Part shown: piece after piece, positions 1-9,475 of the stretch
Numbering within the stretch: position 1 is the first letter of the stretch
Layout: every line of letters starts with the position of its first letter
NCBI GenBank assembly: GCA_020725195.1
Contig: DYFL01000005.1
Coordinates: 48,513 to 80,512, forward strand
DNA from: Hydrogenophilus sp.
GTDB taxonomy: Bacteria; Pseudomonadota; Gammaproteobacteria; Burkholderiales; Thiobacillaceae
Direction: 5' to 3'
DNA length: 32,000 nt
Translations under genes and position numbers: made by a program
The notes under the pieces: generated by a model
Database searches by the model: none
Seen by the model: the letters and a program-made list of their open reading frames with translations, nothing else
Told to the model about the DNA's origin: nothing

Positions 1-1292
1 AGGCCGTCGTTGGCGAAGGCGGTGTAGGCGTGGGCGAGCTGCAGCAGGCTCACCGAGAGGCCGTGGCCGAAGGCCATGGTGGCCTTCTCGATGGGGCGCC
101 AGTTCTCGTAGGGGCGCAGGCGCCCGGCGGCCTCGCCGGGCAGGCCGGAGCCGGGCAGGGCGCCGAAGCCGGTGCGGGAGAGCAGCCGCCAGTAGTCCTC
201 GGAGCGCATGTCCAGGGCGATCCGGGCGGTGGCCACGTTGCTGGAGACCTGGATGGCCTCGGCGACGCTGAGCGTGCCCTTGGGGTGCACGTCGCGGATG
301 CGCTTGGTGCCCACCGTCAGGTAGCCCTCGCCGGTGTCGATGCGGGTATCCGGCCGGATGACGCCGGCATCCAGGGCGGCGGCCACCAGGAAGGGCTTCA
401 TGGTGGAGCCGGGCTCGTAGACGTCGGTCACGGCGCGGTTGCGCGTGCGCTCCGGGGTGAGGGTGGCGCGGTTGTTGGGGTTGTAGCTGGGCAGGTTGGC
501 CAGGGCGAGGATCTCGCCGGTCCTGGCATCCAGCACCACGACGGAGCCGGCCCGGGCGCGGTGCTCCTGCACGGCGCTGTGGAGCTCGCGGTAGGCCAGG
601 TACTGGAGCTGCAGGTTGATCGAGAGGGCCAGGTCCTGGCCGGGCCGCGGCGGCTTCAGGGACTCCAGCACCTCGACGACGTTGCCCAGGCGGTCGCGGG
701 CCACGCGCTTCGCCCCGGGCTCGCCGGCGAGCCAGCTCTGGTAGGCGAGCTCCGCGCCCTCGATGCCGCGGTCCTCCACCGAGGTGAAGCCCAGCACGTG
801 GGCGATCACTTCGCCCGAGGGGTAGTAGCGGCGGTATTCCGGCTTGGCGTAGAGGCCCTTGATGTCCAGGCCGAGGGCGGAGGCGGCCAGGTCGGGCGGC
901 AGCTGGCGGCGCAGGTAGACGAAGGTCTTGTTCTCGTCGGCGACGAGCTTCTTCAGCGCCGCGGGCTCCATCTCCACGATGCCGGCCAGGGCCTGCAGCT
1001 GGGCGGGGCTCGCCTCGGCCTCGCGCGGGTTGATCCACAGCGACTCCACCGGGGTGCTGATGGCGAGCGGCTCGCCGCGGCGGTCGGTGATCATGCCCCG
1101 GTAGGCCGGGATGGGCACGGTGCGGTTGATGCGCTTCTCGCCCTTCTCCTGCAGGAAGTCGCCCTGCCAGCCCTGCAGGTACATGGCCCGGGCCGAGAGC
1201 GCCGCGTAGCCGGCGAAGAGCAGGCCCAGCATCAGACGCATGCGCCAGCGCTGCAGGTCCAGGCGCAGCAGGGGGTTGGCGCGGCGGCTCAT
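1..1292 (-). CDS. ftsI: Peptidoglycan D,D-transpeptidase FtsI (PBP3), truncated by window edge
   Basis: Minus-strand reading frame starting ATG at 1292 ([28 protein letters not shown]...), directly downstream of ftsL in dcw order; runs off the window start. Confidence 0.9.
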   Translation of the reverse strand, partial: MSRRANPLLRLDLQRWRMRLMLGLLFAGYAALSARAMYLQGWQGDFLQEKGEKRINRTVPIPAYRGMITDRRGEPLAISTPVESLWINPREAEASPAQLQALAGIVEMEPAALKKLVADENKTFVYLRRQLPPDLAASALGLDIKGLYAKPEYRRYYPSGEVIAHVLGFTSVEDRGIEGAELAYQSWLAGEPGAKRVARDRLGNVVEVLESLKPPRPGQDLALSINLQLQYLAYRELHSAVQEHRARAGSVVVLDARTGEILALANLPSYNPNNRATLTPERTRNRAVTDVYEPGSTMKPFLVAAALDAGVIRPDTRIDTGEGYLTVGTKRIRDVHPKGTLSVAEAIQVSSNVATARIALDMRSEDYWRLLSRTGFGALPGSGLPGEAAGRLRPYENWRPIEKATMAFGHGLSVSLLQLAHAYTAFANDG

Positions 1293-1567
1293 GGCGCCGC
1301 CCCCGGCGCGAGGTTGAGCATGTGGATGCCCTTGGGCGCCGGCACCGCCATCTGCAGATGCTGGTGCGCGACCTGTTCGATCCTGGCGTGCATCGCCCAG
1401 GTGCTCTGCTCGAGCTGCAGGCGCCCCCACTCGATGTCCAGGCTCCGCGCCCGGGCCTGTTCCGCCTGCAGCTCAATAAACAATTTGCGCGCCTGGTGGC
1501 GCGCGGTGACGACGGAGAGGGCGCAGAGGACGAGCACGACGGCCAGCAGCCCGTTCATCCTGAGCAT
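1289..1567 (-). CDS. ftsL: Cell division protein FtsL
   Basis: 92 aa, N-terminal hydrophobic segment then coiled-coil-like region; between rsmH and ftsI, overlapping both. Confidence 0.88.
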   Translation of the reverse strand: MLRMNGLLAVVLVLCALSVVTARHQARKLFIELQAEQARARSLDIEWGRLQLEQSTWAMHARIEQVAHQHLQMAVPAPKGIHMLNLAPGAAP

Positions 1568-2502
1568 GACGCCTCCCCCCCCGTGCGCTCGGCCACCCGC
1601 AACACGGCGCTGCGGGCGCGCGGGTTGCGCGCGATCTCCTCCTCGGAGGCGCGGATGGCGCGGCCGACCAGCCTCAGGCGGCCGGCCTTCAGCGCGCGCG
1701 CGGGCAGCGGGATCTCGGGCGGGAGCTCCTCGCCCTTCGCCTCCGCCCGCATGAACCGCTTGACCATCCGATCCTCCAAGGAATGGAAACTGATCACCGC
1801 CAGCCGCCCTCCCGGCCTGAGCACCTCCACGCCCTGGGGCAGGGCCGCGGCCAGCTCCTCCAGTTCCCGGTTCACATGGATGCGCACCGCCTGGAAGGTG
1901 CGGGTCGCCGGGTCCTGGCCGCGCTCCCGCGTCTTCACCGCCGAGGCCGCGATCCTCGCCAGCTGCCCCGTGGTGGTCAGCGGCGTCTGGGCCCGCGCGG
2001 CGACGATCGCCCGGGCGATGCCCCTGGCGAAGCGCTCCTCGCCGTACTCCCGGAGCACCCGCGCGATCTCCTCCTCGGGCGCGGTGTTGAGCCAGTCGGC
2101 CGCCGTCTCGCCCCGGCTCGTGTCCATGCGCATGTCCAGGGGCGCGTCGAAGCGGAAGCTGAAGCCGCGCTCCGGCGCGTCGATCTGGGGGCTCGACACC
2201 CCGATGTCGAGCAGCACCCCGTCCACCGCCTCGACGCCCGCCTCCCGCAGCACCGCTTTGAGGCGGCTGAAGGGGGCGTGGACGATGCTGAAGCGCCCAT
2301 CCTCGAGCCGCCCGCCCTCGGCCACCGCCTGCGGGTCCCGGTCCAGGGCCAGGAGCCGCCCGGTGCTGCCCAGCCGCGCCAGGATCGCCCGGCTGTGGCC
2401 GCCGCGGCCGAAGGTGGCGTCCACATAGACGCCGTCCGGCCGGAGGTTCAGCGCGTTCAGGGTTGCTTCCAGCAGGACCGGGACATGCTGGCCCCCGGTC
2501 AC
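1555..2502 (-). CDS. rsmH: 16S rRNA (cytosine1402-N4)-methyltransferase RsmH (MraW)
   Basis: [43 protein letters not shown] motifs; GTG start at 2502 overlapping the mraZ stop. Confidence 0.95.
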   Translation of the reverse strand: MTGGQHVPVLLEATLNALNLRPDGVYVDATFGRGGHSRAILARLGSTGRLLALDRDPQAVAEGGRLEDGRFSIVHAPFSRLKAVLREAGVEAVDGVLLDIGVSSPQIDAPERGFSFRFDAPLDMRMDTSRGETAADWLNTAPEEEIARVLREYGEERFARGIARAIVAARAQTPLTTTGQLARIAASAVKTRERGQDPATRTFQAVRIHVNRELEELAAALPQGVEVLRPGGRLAVISFHSLEDRMVKRFMRAEAKGEELPPEIPLPARALKAGRLRLVGRAIRASEEEIARNPRARSAVLRVAERTGGEASCSG

Positions 2503-2969
2503 AGGGAGAAGCCCTTGAGCTCCTCCGGGAGCTCGCCGTTCTGCAGGGCCGTGTTGAGCATCTCGGGCAGCTCGCCCGCCGCCTCGTACTGGGCCTGCCA
2601 GTCGGGCTCGTTCCAGATCTCGAACTTGTTGCCCTGGCCGACCAGCACCACCTCCTTCTCCAGCCGCGCGTGCCTGCGCAGCATGGGCGGCAGCAGGATG
2701 CGGCCGGCGGTGTCCAGCTCCACGTCGGAGGCCGAGCCCACCAGGATGCGCTGCAGCTGCCGGCTCACCGGGTTGAAGCTCGACAGGGCGTTGAGCTTCT
2801 TCTCGATGGGCTCCCAGTCGGCAAAGGGGTAGAGCAGGAGGCAGCCGCTCGGATCCGCGGTGACCACGAGCCGCCCGCCGCAGCGCTCCATGAGCAGGTC
2901 GCGGTATCTCGTGGGGATGGCGAGACGGCCCTTGCCGTCCACGGCCAACTGGTTGAGCCCCCTGAACAT
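2499..2969 (-). CDS. mraZ: Transcriptional regulator MraZ
   Basis: [26 protein letters not shown] and second DxxGRIL motif; start placed at internal ATG 2969. Confidence 0.94.
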   Translation of the reverse strand: MFRGLNQLAVDGKGRLAIPTRYRDLLMERCGGRLVVTADPSGCLLLYPFADWEPIEKKLNALSSFNPVSRQLQRILVGSASDVELDTAGRILLPPMLRRHARLEKEVVLVGQGNKFEIWNEPDWQAQYEAAGELPEMLNTALQNGELPEELKGFSL

Positions 2970-2991
2970 CGTCTCCTCCGGATTCTGGTGC

Positions 2992-3036
2992 CTCCACCTG
3001 AACCCACTCTCTCCCACTTTTCGACATTGATCCCCA
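2992..3036 (-). promoter_or_regulatory. Probable MraZ box: TGGGN-type repeats at 10-bp phase upstream of mraZ
   Basis: On minus strand: TGGGG (3036-3032), TGGGA (3016-3012), TGGGT (3006-3002), TGGAG (2996-2992), all in 10-bp register. Confidence 0.7.
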
Positions 3037-3180
3037 CTTTAGTGAACACACGCCCCCGCTGTCAAGGACGAAAAGGGATTTTTTTCAATGGAGACAAAGA
3101 CTTACGAACGCCGGCCGCGCCCGGGGAAGCGGAGGATAAAGAAGGGAATAGCGCGAGAACTTAAAGTGGAGTCTTAAGAG

Positions 3181-3221
3181 AGTGGGGAGTGGGGAGTGGG
3201 GAGTGGGGAGTGGGGAGTGGG
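3181..3221. repeat. 7-bp tandem array (AGTGGGG) x about 5.9
   Basis: agtgggg repeated five times plus agtggg, read directly. Confidence 0.97.
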
Positions 3222-3274
3222 TGCTTTGACTCAGTCCTCAGTCCCCGCCACCGATGTCGCGAAAAAAGGGGGGG

Positions 3275-3653
<379 letters not shown>

Positions 3654-3737
3654 CGAAAAGGATTGTCGCGGAGCGGCGCCTGCCCTACAAGCCTGGCATG
3701 TATTTCCGGGGCGGGCGCGCTGCGCGATTGGTGGCGG

Positions 3738-4769
3738 TCAGACCAGGCGCCAGCGCACGGGTTCCCCGGCCCGCAGCGGCACGAGGGTCTCGCTGCCGAA
3801 GGCGAGGCTGCCGGCGACCGTCCAGGCCTCCTTCCTGAGCGTGATGCGCCCGGTGTTGCGCGGCAGGCCGTAGAAGTCCGCGCCGTAATGGCTGGCGAAG
3901 CCCTCCAGCCGGTCCAGCGCCCCGGCCTCCTCGAAGACCTCGGCGTAGAGCTCGATGGCGGCATGGGCGGTATAGATGCCCGCGCAGCCGCAGGCGGCCT
4001 CCTTGGCGCCTTGGGCGTGGGGGGCGCTGTCGGTGCCGAGGAAGAACCTGGGGCTGCCGGAGACGGCCGCCTCCACGAGCGCCCTGCGGTGGCCCTCGCG
4101 CTTGAGCACGGGCAGGCAGTAGTAGTGGGGCCGGATGCCGCCCTTGAACATGGCGTTGCGGTTGTAGAGCAGGTGATGCGCCGTGAGGGTGGCCGCCACG
4201 TTGGCGGGTGCGCCCTTGACGAACTCGATGCCCTCGCGGGTGGTGGTGTGTTCCAGCACCACCTTGAGCCTGGGGAAGCGGCGGATCACCGGCAGCAGCA
4301 CCCGTTCGATGAACACCGCCTCGCGGTCGAAGACGTCCACCTCGGGGTCGGTCACCTCGCCGTGCACCAGCAGGGGCACGCCGTGGGCCTCCATGGCCTC
4401 CAGGGCCGGATAGGTGCGCTCCACCGCGGTGACGCCGGCGTCGGAGTGGGTGGTCGCGCCGGCGGGGTAGTACTTCACGGCGTGGACGAAGCCGCTCGCC
4501 CGGGCGCGTTCGATCTCCCCGGGGGAGGTGCTGTCCGTGAGGTAGAGGGTCATCAGCGGCTCGAACGCGAGACCCCGCGGCAAGGCGGCCAGGATGCGGT
4601 CCCGGTAGGCCGCGGCCTCCGCGACGGTGCGCACCGGGGGCTTCAGGTTGGGCATGACGATGGCGCGGGCGAAGCGGCGCGCCGTGTCGGGCAGCACGCT
4701 CTGCATCGCGTCGCCGTCGCGCAGGTGCAGGTGCCAGTCGTCAGGCCGGGTGATCGTCAGGGTGTTCAT
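3738..4769 (-). CDS. pyrC: Dihydroorotase
   Basis: [22 protein letters not shown]..., [22 protein letters not shown] motifs. Confidence 0.95.
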   Translation of the reverse strand: MNTLTITRPDDWHLHLRDGDAMQSVLPDTARRFARAIVMPNLKPPVRTVAEAAAYRDRILAALPRGLAFEPLMTLYLTDSTSPGEIERARASGFVHAVKYYPAGATTHSDAGVTAVERTYPALEAMEAHGVPLLVHGEVTDPEVDVFDREAVFIERVLLPVIRRFPRLKVVLEHTTTREGIEFVKGAPANVAATLTAHHLLYNRNAMFKGGIRPHYYCLPVLKREGHRRALVEAAVSGSPRFFLGTDSAPHAQGAKEAACGCAGIYTAHAAIELYAEVFEEAGALDRLEGFASHYGADFYGLPRNTGRITLRKEAWTVAGSLAFGSETLVPLRAGEPVRWRLV

Positions 4770-5619
4770 GTTTCTGCAGCTCCAGAGCCAGATCGTAAAC
4801 GGTGTTCTTCTTGGCGCCGGTGAGCTTCACGGTGAGGGCGACCGCCTGCTTCAGGGGCAGCGCCTCCAGGAGGGTCGCCAGCGTCTCCCGCAGCTCCCCG
4901 GCGTCCTCCTGCTCCGGCTCGGCGCCTGCCACGATGAGGACGAATTCGCCCCGGCGCCGGTTCTCGTCCCCCGCGAGCCAGGCCTCGGCCTCGTCGAGCC
5001 GGCAGGCGTGCACGCTCTCGAAGAGCTTGGTCAGCTCCCGGGCGATGACGACCTCGCGCCCGCCGCCCAGCACGGCATGCAGGTCGGCCACGCATTCCTG
5101 GATGCGGTGCGGGGACTCGTAGAAGACCAGGGCGCAGGGCAGGGCCTTCAACGCGTCCAGGGCGCGGCGGCGCGGCCCCGCCCTGTGCGGCAGGAAGCCG
5201 TGGAAGAGCCAGCGCCCCTGCTCCAGGCCGGCGACGGAAACGGCCGCCGCCACGGCGCTGGCGCCGGGGACGGGCACCGCGCTCAGGCCCGCCTCGCGGA
5301 CGCGGCGCGCCAGGCGCGCGCCCGGGTCGCTCACCCCGGGGGTGCCGGCGTCCGAGACATAGGCCACGCTCTGGCCGGCCCGGAGGGCCTCGACGAGCCG
5401 TGCCGAGGCCTCGGCCTCGTTGTGCTCGTGCAGGGCGTAGAGCCGCCTGCCCAGGCCGTGGGCGGAGAGCAGCCCCTGGGTCACGCGGGTGTCCTCGGCG
5501 GCCACGATGTCGGCGCTCCTCAGGATGTCCAGTGCGCGCAGGGTGATGTCGCGCAGGTTGCCGATGGGGGTGGCCACGACGTAGAGCGTGCCGGGCTGGG
5601 CCCGGGCCTCGGGTTGCAT
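4741..5619 (-). CDS. rsmI: 16S rRNA (cytidine1402-2'-O)-methyltransferase RsmI
   Basis: [38 protein letters not shown] motifs; start ATG 5619. Confidence 0.95.
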   Translation of the reverse strand: MQPEARAQPGTLYVVATPIGNLRDITLRALDILRSADIVAAEDTRVTQGLLSAHGLGRRLYALHEHNEAEASARLVEALRAGQSVAYVSDAGTPGVSDPGARLARRVREAGLSAVPVPGASAVAAAVSVAGLEQGRWLFHGFLPHRAGPRRRALDALKALPCALVFYESPHRIQECVADLHAVLGGGREVVIARELTKLFESVHACRLDEAEAWLAGDENRRRGEFVLIVAGAEPEQEDAGELRETLATLLEALPLKQAVALTVKLTGAKKNTVYDLALELQKHEHPDDHPA

Positions 5620-5691
5620 GTTTCCTGGTGGCTGGTTAGCGTGTGCGGGGGCGCCTGCAGGCGCGATCGTGAAAGTGTAACAGGGGGGGAC

Positions 5692-6030
5692 ATGCACAGG
5701 GGTGCGGAGGCCGAGGCCCGGGCGGCGCAATACCTGGAGCGGCAGGGCCTCAGGCTCGTCGAGCGCAACTACCGCTGCCGCCAGGGCGAGATCGACCTGG
5801 TGATGCGCGAGGGCGCCACGCTGGTCTTCGTGGAGGTGCGCAGCCGCGCCCGCGGCGGCTTCGGCGGCGCAGCCGCGAGCATCACCGTGGCCAAGCAGGC
5901 GAGGCTGATCCACGCCGCCCGGCACTACCTCGCCAGCCGCGGCGTCGACGCCCCCTGCCGCTTCGACGCCGTGCTCATCGAGGGCGGGCGCCTCGAATGG
6001 CTGCGGCACGCCTTCGAGGCCGGGGGGTAG
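5692..6030 (+). CDS. yraN: YraN/UPF0102 family endonuclease-like protein
   Basis: [47 protein letters not shown] motif; divergent from rsmI as usual. Confidence 0.92.
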   Translation: MHRGAEAEARAAQYLERQGLRLVERNYRCRQGEIDLVMREGATLVFVEVRSRARGGFGGAAASITVAKQARLIHAARHYLASRGVDAPCRFDAVLIEGGRLEWLRHAFEAGG

Positions 6031-6068
6031 CCGTCGGCTATAATCGGCCGCTACTTCGAGGAGTCACC

Positions 6069-6656
6069 GTGTCCCTGGCCGAACGCGTCTATCAGACCTT
6101 TCACGAGAGCGCCCAGGCGAAGCTCACCGCCGCCGACGTCCTGGCCGAGCCCATCGCCCAGGCCGCGGAACGCCTGGTCGGCTGCTTCATGGGCGAGGGC
6201 AAGCTCCTCGCCTGCGGCAACGGGGGCTCCGCCGCCGAGGCGCAACATTTCGTCTCCGAGCTGGTCAATCGTTTCGAGCGGGAACGCCCGGGCCTTGCCG
6301 CCGTCGCACTCAATGCCGACAGCGTCACCCTGACCTCCATCGCGGACGACTACGACTTCTCCATGGTCTTCGCCCGCCAGGTCGGCGCCCTGGGGCATCC
6401 GGGCGACGTCCTGCTCGCCGTCTCCACCAGCGGCAACGCCCGCAACGTGATCGAGGCCGCGCGCGCGGCCCAGGAACGCGAGATGGCCGTGGTGGCCATC
6501 ACCGGGCACGACGGCGGCGAGCTGGCGGAGATGCTCACCGAGCAGGACATCCTCATCTGCGCGCCGGGCGACAGCATCGCCCGCATCCAGGAGGTGCACC
6601 AGCTCGTCATCCACTGTCTGTGCGACAGCATCGACTACTTGCTATTAGGAGCCTGA
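6069..6656 (+). CDS. diaA: SIS-domain protein DiaA (DnaA initiator-associating protein)
   Basis: GNGGSAAEAQHFVSELVNRFERERPGLAAVALNAD; GTG start 6069; yraN-diaA-BON gene order. Confidence 0.85.
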   Translation: MSLAERVYQTFHESAQAKLTAADVLAEPIAQAAERLVGCFMGEGKLLACGNGGSAAEAQHFVSELVNRFERERPGLAAVALNADSVTLTSIADDYDFSMVFARQVGALGHPGDVLLAVSTSGNARNVIEAARAAQEREMAVVAITGHDGGELAEMLTEQDILICAPGDSIARIQEVHQLVIHCLCDSIDYLLLGA

Positions 6657-7229
6657 ATGATGCGTAATCTGTTGCCCCTCGCCCTGCTGGGCATCACCGC
6701 CCTGCCGCTCGCCGGCTGCGCGCCCGCCGTGGTCGGCGGCGTCGGCGTCGGCGCCCTCATGGCGGAGGACCGGCGCACGCCGAGCGTCTACGTCATGGAC
6801 CAGGAGATCGAGCTCACCGCCGCCCACCGCCTGCGCCAGGCCCAGCTCACCGAGGTCCACGCCAGCTTCATCAGCTTCAACCGCCGCGTGCTGATCACCG
6901 GCGAGGCCCCCACGGAGGCCATGAAGGCCAGGGTCGAGGAGATCGCCCGGGGCGTGCCCAACGTGCGCGAGACCATCAACGAGCTCGCCATCGCCGCGCC
7001 GTCCTCGCTCGCCTCGCGCAGCACCGACACCTACATCACCAGCAAGGTGAAGGCGCGGCTGCTCGAGGACACCCGCGTCAACGCCCTGCACATCAAGGTG
7101 GTGACCGAGCGCGGCATCGTCTACCTCATGGGCCTCGCGAAGCGCGCCGAGGCCGACATCGCCGCCGAGATCGCCGCCCGGACCTCGGGCGTGCTCAAGG
7201 TGGTGAAGGTCTTCGAGTACCAGGACTGA
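6657..7229 (+). CDS. dolP: BON-domain outer membrane lipoprotein (DolP/YraP-like)
   Basis: Signal peptide with LAGC lipobox and two BON-type domains; position after diaA. Confidence 0.85.
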   Translation: MMRNLLPLALLGITALPLAGCAPAVVGGVGVGALMAEDRRTPSVYVMDQEIELTAAHRLRQAQLTEVHASFISFNRRVLITGEAPTEAMKARVEEIARGVPNVRETINELAIAAPSSLASRSTDTYITSKVKARLLEDTRVNALHIKVVTERGIVYLMGLAKRAEADIAAEIAARTSGVLKVVKVFEYQD

Positions 7230-7245
7230 CAAACCGAGGCCTCAA

Positions 7246-8709
7246 TTGCGCTACCAGGACCTGCGCGACTTCATCGGCCAGCTGGAGCGCCTGGGCGAGC
7301 TCAGGCGCATCGCCGTCGAGGTCGACCCGCATCTGGAGATGACCGAGATCGGCGACCGGGTGCTGCGCGCCGGCGGCCCCGCGCTGCTCTTCGAGCGGCC
7401 GCGCGGCCACACCATCCCGGTGCTCGCCAACCTCTTCGGCACCGTGCGCCGGGTGGCCCTGGGCATGGGCGAGGAGGACCCGGCCAAGCTGCGCGAGATC
7501 GGCAGGCTCCTCGCCTACCTCAAGGAGCCCGAGCCGCCCCGAGGGCTCAGGGACGCCTGGGACAAGCTGCCGGTCTTGAAGCAGGTCATGAACATGGCGC
7601 CCAGGGAGGTGCGCAGCGCGCCCTGCCAGGAGGTGGTCTGGGAGGGCAAGGACGTCGACCTCTCGCGCCTGCCCATCCAGACCTGCTGGCCGGGGGACGC
7701 CGGCCCGCTCGTCACCTGGGGCCTCACCATCACCCGAGGGCCGCACAAGGCCCGCCAGAACCTGGGCATCTACCGCCAGCAGCTCATCGGCCCCGACAAG
7801 CTCATCATGCGCTGGCTCGCCCACCGCGGCGGGGCGCTCGACTTCCGCGAGCACTGCGAGGCCCGCCCCGGCGAGCCCTTCCCCGTGGCCGTGGCCCTGG
7901 GGGCGGACCCGGCCACCATCCTGGGTGCGGTCACGCCGGTGCCGGACGCATTGTCCGAGTACCAGTTCGCCGGCCTCCTGCGCGGGGCCAAGACCGAGGT
8001 GGCCCGCGCCCTGGGTTCGGAGCTGCAGGTGCCGGCCTCAAGCGAGATCGTGCTGGAGGGGGTGATCCATCCGGGCGAGACCGCCGTCGAAGGGCCCTTC
8101 GGCGACCACACCGGCTACTACAACGAGCAGGAGACCTTCCCCGTCTTCACGGTCGAGCGCATCACGATGCGCCGCGACCCCATCTACCACAGCACCTATA
8201 CCGGCAAGCCGCCGGACGAGCCGGCCATCCTGGGCGTGGCGCTCAACGAGGTCTTCGTGCCGCTGCTGCAGAAGCAGTTCCCCGAGATCACCGACTTCTA
8301 CCTGCCGCCCGAGGGCTGCAGCTACCGCATGGCGGTGGTCAGCATGAAGAAGCAGTACCCGGGGCATGCGAAAAGGGTGATGTTCGGCGTGTGGTCCTTC
8401 CTGCGCCAGTTCATGTACACCAAGTTCATCCTGGTCACCGACGACGACGTCGACGTCCGCTCCTGGCCCGAGGTCATCTGGGCGCTCACCACCCGGGTCG
8501 ACCCCGCCCGGGACACGCTGCTGGTGGAGCACACCCCCATCGACTACCTGGACTTCGCCAGCCCCGTCTCCGGGCTTGGGTCCAAGATGGGCATCGACGC
8601 CACCAACAAGTGGCCGGGCGAGACCCAGCGGCAGTGGGGCACGCCCATCGCCATGGATGCCGAGGTCCGGCGGCGGGTGGACGCGCTCTGGGGCGAGCTC
8701 GGGCTTTGA
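7246..8709 (+). CDS. ubiD: 4-hydroxy-3-polyprenylbenzoate decarboxylase
   Basis: [46 protein letters not shown]; TTG start at 7246 matches the expected N-terminus. Confidence 0.93.
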   Translation: MRYQDLRDFIGQLERLGELRRIAVEVDPHLEMTEIGDRVLRAGGPALLFERPRGHTIPVLANLFGTVRRVALGMGEEDPAKLREIGRLLAYLKEPEPPRGLRDAWDKLPVLKQVMNMAPREVRSAPCQEVVWEGKDVDLSRLPIQTCWPGDAGPLVTWGLTITRGPHKARQNLGIYRQQLIGPDKLIMRWLAHRGGALDFREHCEARPGEPFPVAVALGADPATILGAVTPVPDALSEYQFAGLLRGAKTEVARALGSELQVPASSEIVLEGVIHPGETAVEGPFGDHTGYYNEQETFPVFTVERITMRRDPIYHSTYTGKPPDEPAILGVALNEVFVPLLQKQFPEITDFYLPPEGCSYRMAVVSMKKQYPGHAKRVMFGVWSFLRQFMYTKFILVTDDDVDVRSWPEVIWALTTRVDPARDTLLVEHTPIDYLDFASPVSGLGSKMGIDATNKWPGETQRQWGTPIAMDAEVRRRVDALWGELGL

Positions 8710-8774
8710 GCGGGCTAGGCAGGCCCGAATAGTTGAGTATAATGCTCGGGCATTAGCCATAGAGGAGCCCCACC

Positions 8775-9353
8775 ATGTCCGCCGAACTCTACGCCGCCGC
8801 CGCCAAGGGCGACGCGAACGAAACGCGCCGCCTGCTCGCGGCCGGCGCCAACCCCAACTGGACCAACGCGGAAGGGGATACCGCGCTGCACGCGGCGGCC
8901 CAGCAGGGTCACCTGGAGGCGGTGCAGGCCCTGCTCGCGGCCGGCGCCGACGTCAACGCCCGGGACGGCCTGGAGTGGACCCCCCTCTTCAAGGCCGCCT
9001 ACAACCATGAGCTGGACACCGGCTTCGCCCCGGTCGTGCAGGCCCTGGTCGAGGCCGGCGCCGACGTCAACGCCCACATCGCCTTCGGCCTCACGCCGCT
9101 GATGCTCGCCGCAGGCGGCGGCGAGGGGGCGGTGTGCGAGGTGCTGCTCGCGGCCGGCGCCGACCCCAGGGCGACCAACGAGGTCGGCCGCACCGCGCTC
9201 ATGATGGCCAAGGAGCGCCACTGGGTGGACGTGATCAACCTCTTGCACGAGGCCACGGGCTTCGTGCCCGAGACCGAGGGCGCCTGCTCGAGCGGGCGCA
9301 GGGGCCCGAGCGAAATGAAGGTGGTCAACTTCATCAAGCCCACCACGCACTGA
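8775..9353 (+). CDS. Ankyrin repeat protein
   Basis: Four to five ankyrin units (GDTALHAAAQQGHLEAVQALLAAGADVNARD...). Confidence 0.85.
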   Translation: MSAELYAAAAKGDANETRRLLAAGANPNWTNAEGDTALHAAAQQGHLEAVQALLAAGADVNARDGLEWTPLFKAAYNHELDTGFAPVVQALVEAGADVNAHIAFGLTPLMLAAGGGEGAVCEVLLAAGADPRATNEVGRTALMMAKERHWVDVINLLHEATGFVPETEGACSSGRRGPSEMKVVNFIKPTTH

Positions 9354-9373
9354 GGTCTCCGGCGCCTTCCGGC

Positions 9374-9403
9374 AGGGGGAGCGGGCGGACGCCCGCTCCC
9401 CCT
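9374..9403 (+). terminator. Strong hairpin downstream of the ankyrin gene
   Basis: Perfect 13-bp stem AGGGGGAGCGGGC-ggac-GCCCGCTCCCCCT followed by GTTTGTTTAC. Confidence 0.7.
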
Positions 9404-9475
9404 GTTTGTTTACAATCTTTTTACAATCGCCTGGGCGCGCCTGTGCAAGCATACCGATAAGAGACAACCATCCAG

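Noticed and set aside
30-2428. Long plus-strand ORFs (574 aa and 368 aa)
   Set aside because: Antisense to ftsI/ftsL/rsmH; low-complexity G/A/V/R-rich translations typical of GC-rich shadow frames
3181-3221. CRISPR-like array
   Set aside because: 7-bp units with no spacers; it is a simple tandem repeat. No CRISPR array was seen anywhere in the window
3738-4769. pyrC/rsmI 29-bp overlap as an unusual fused arrangement
   Set aside because: Short overlaps are common in compact operons and both N- and C-termini look normal
8775-9353. Ankyrin gene as a possible effector
   Set aside because: No secretion signal or effector context; short ankyrin proteins are widespread in free-living bacteria
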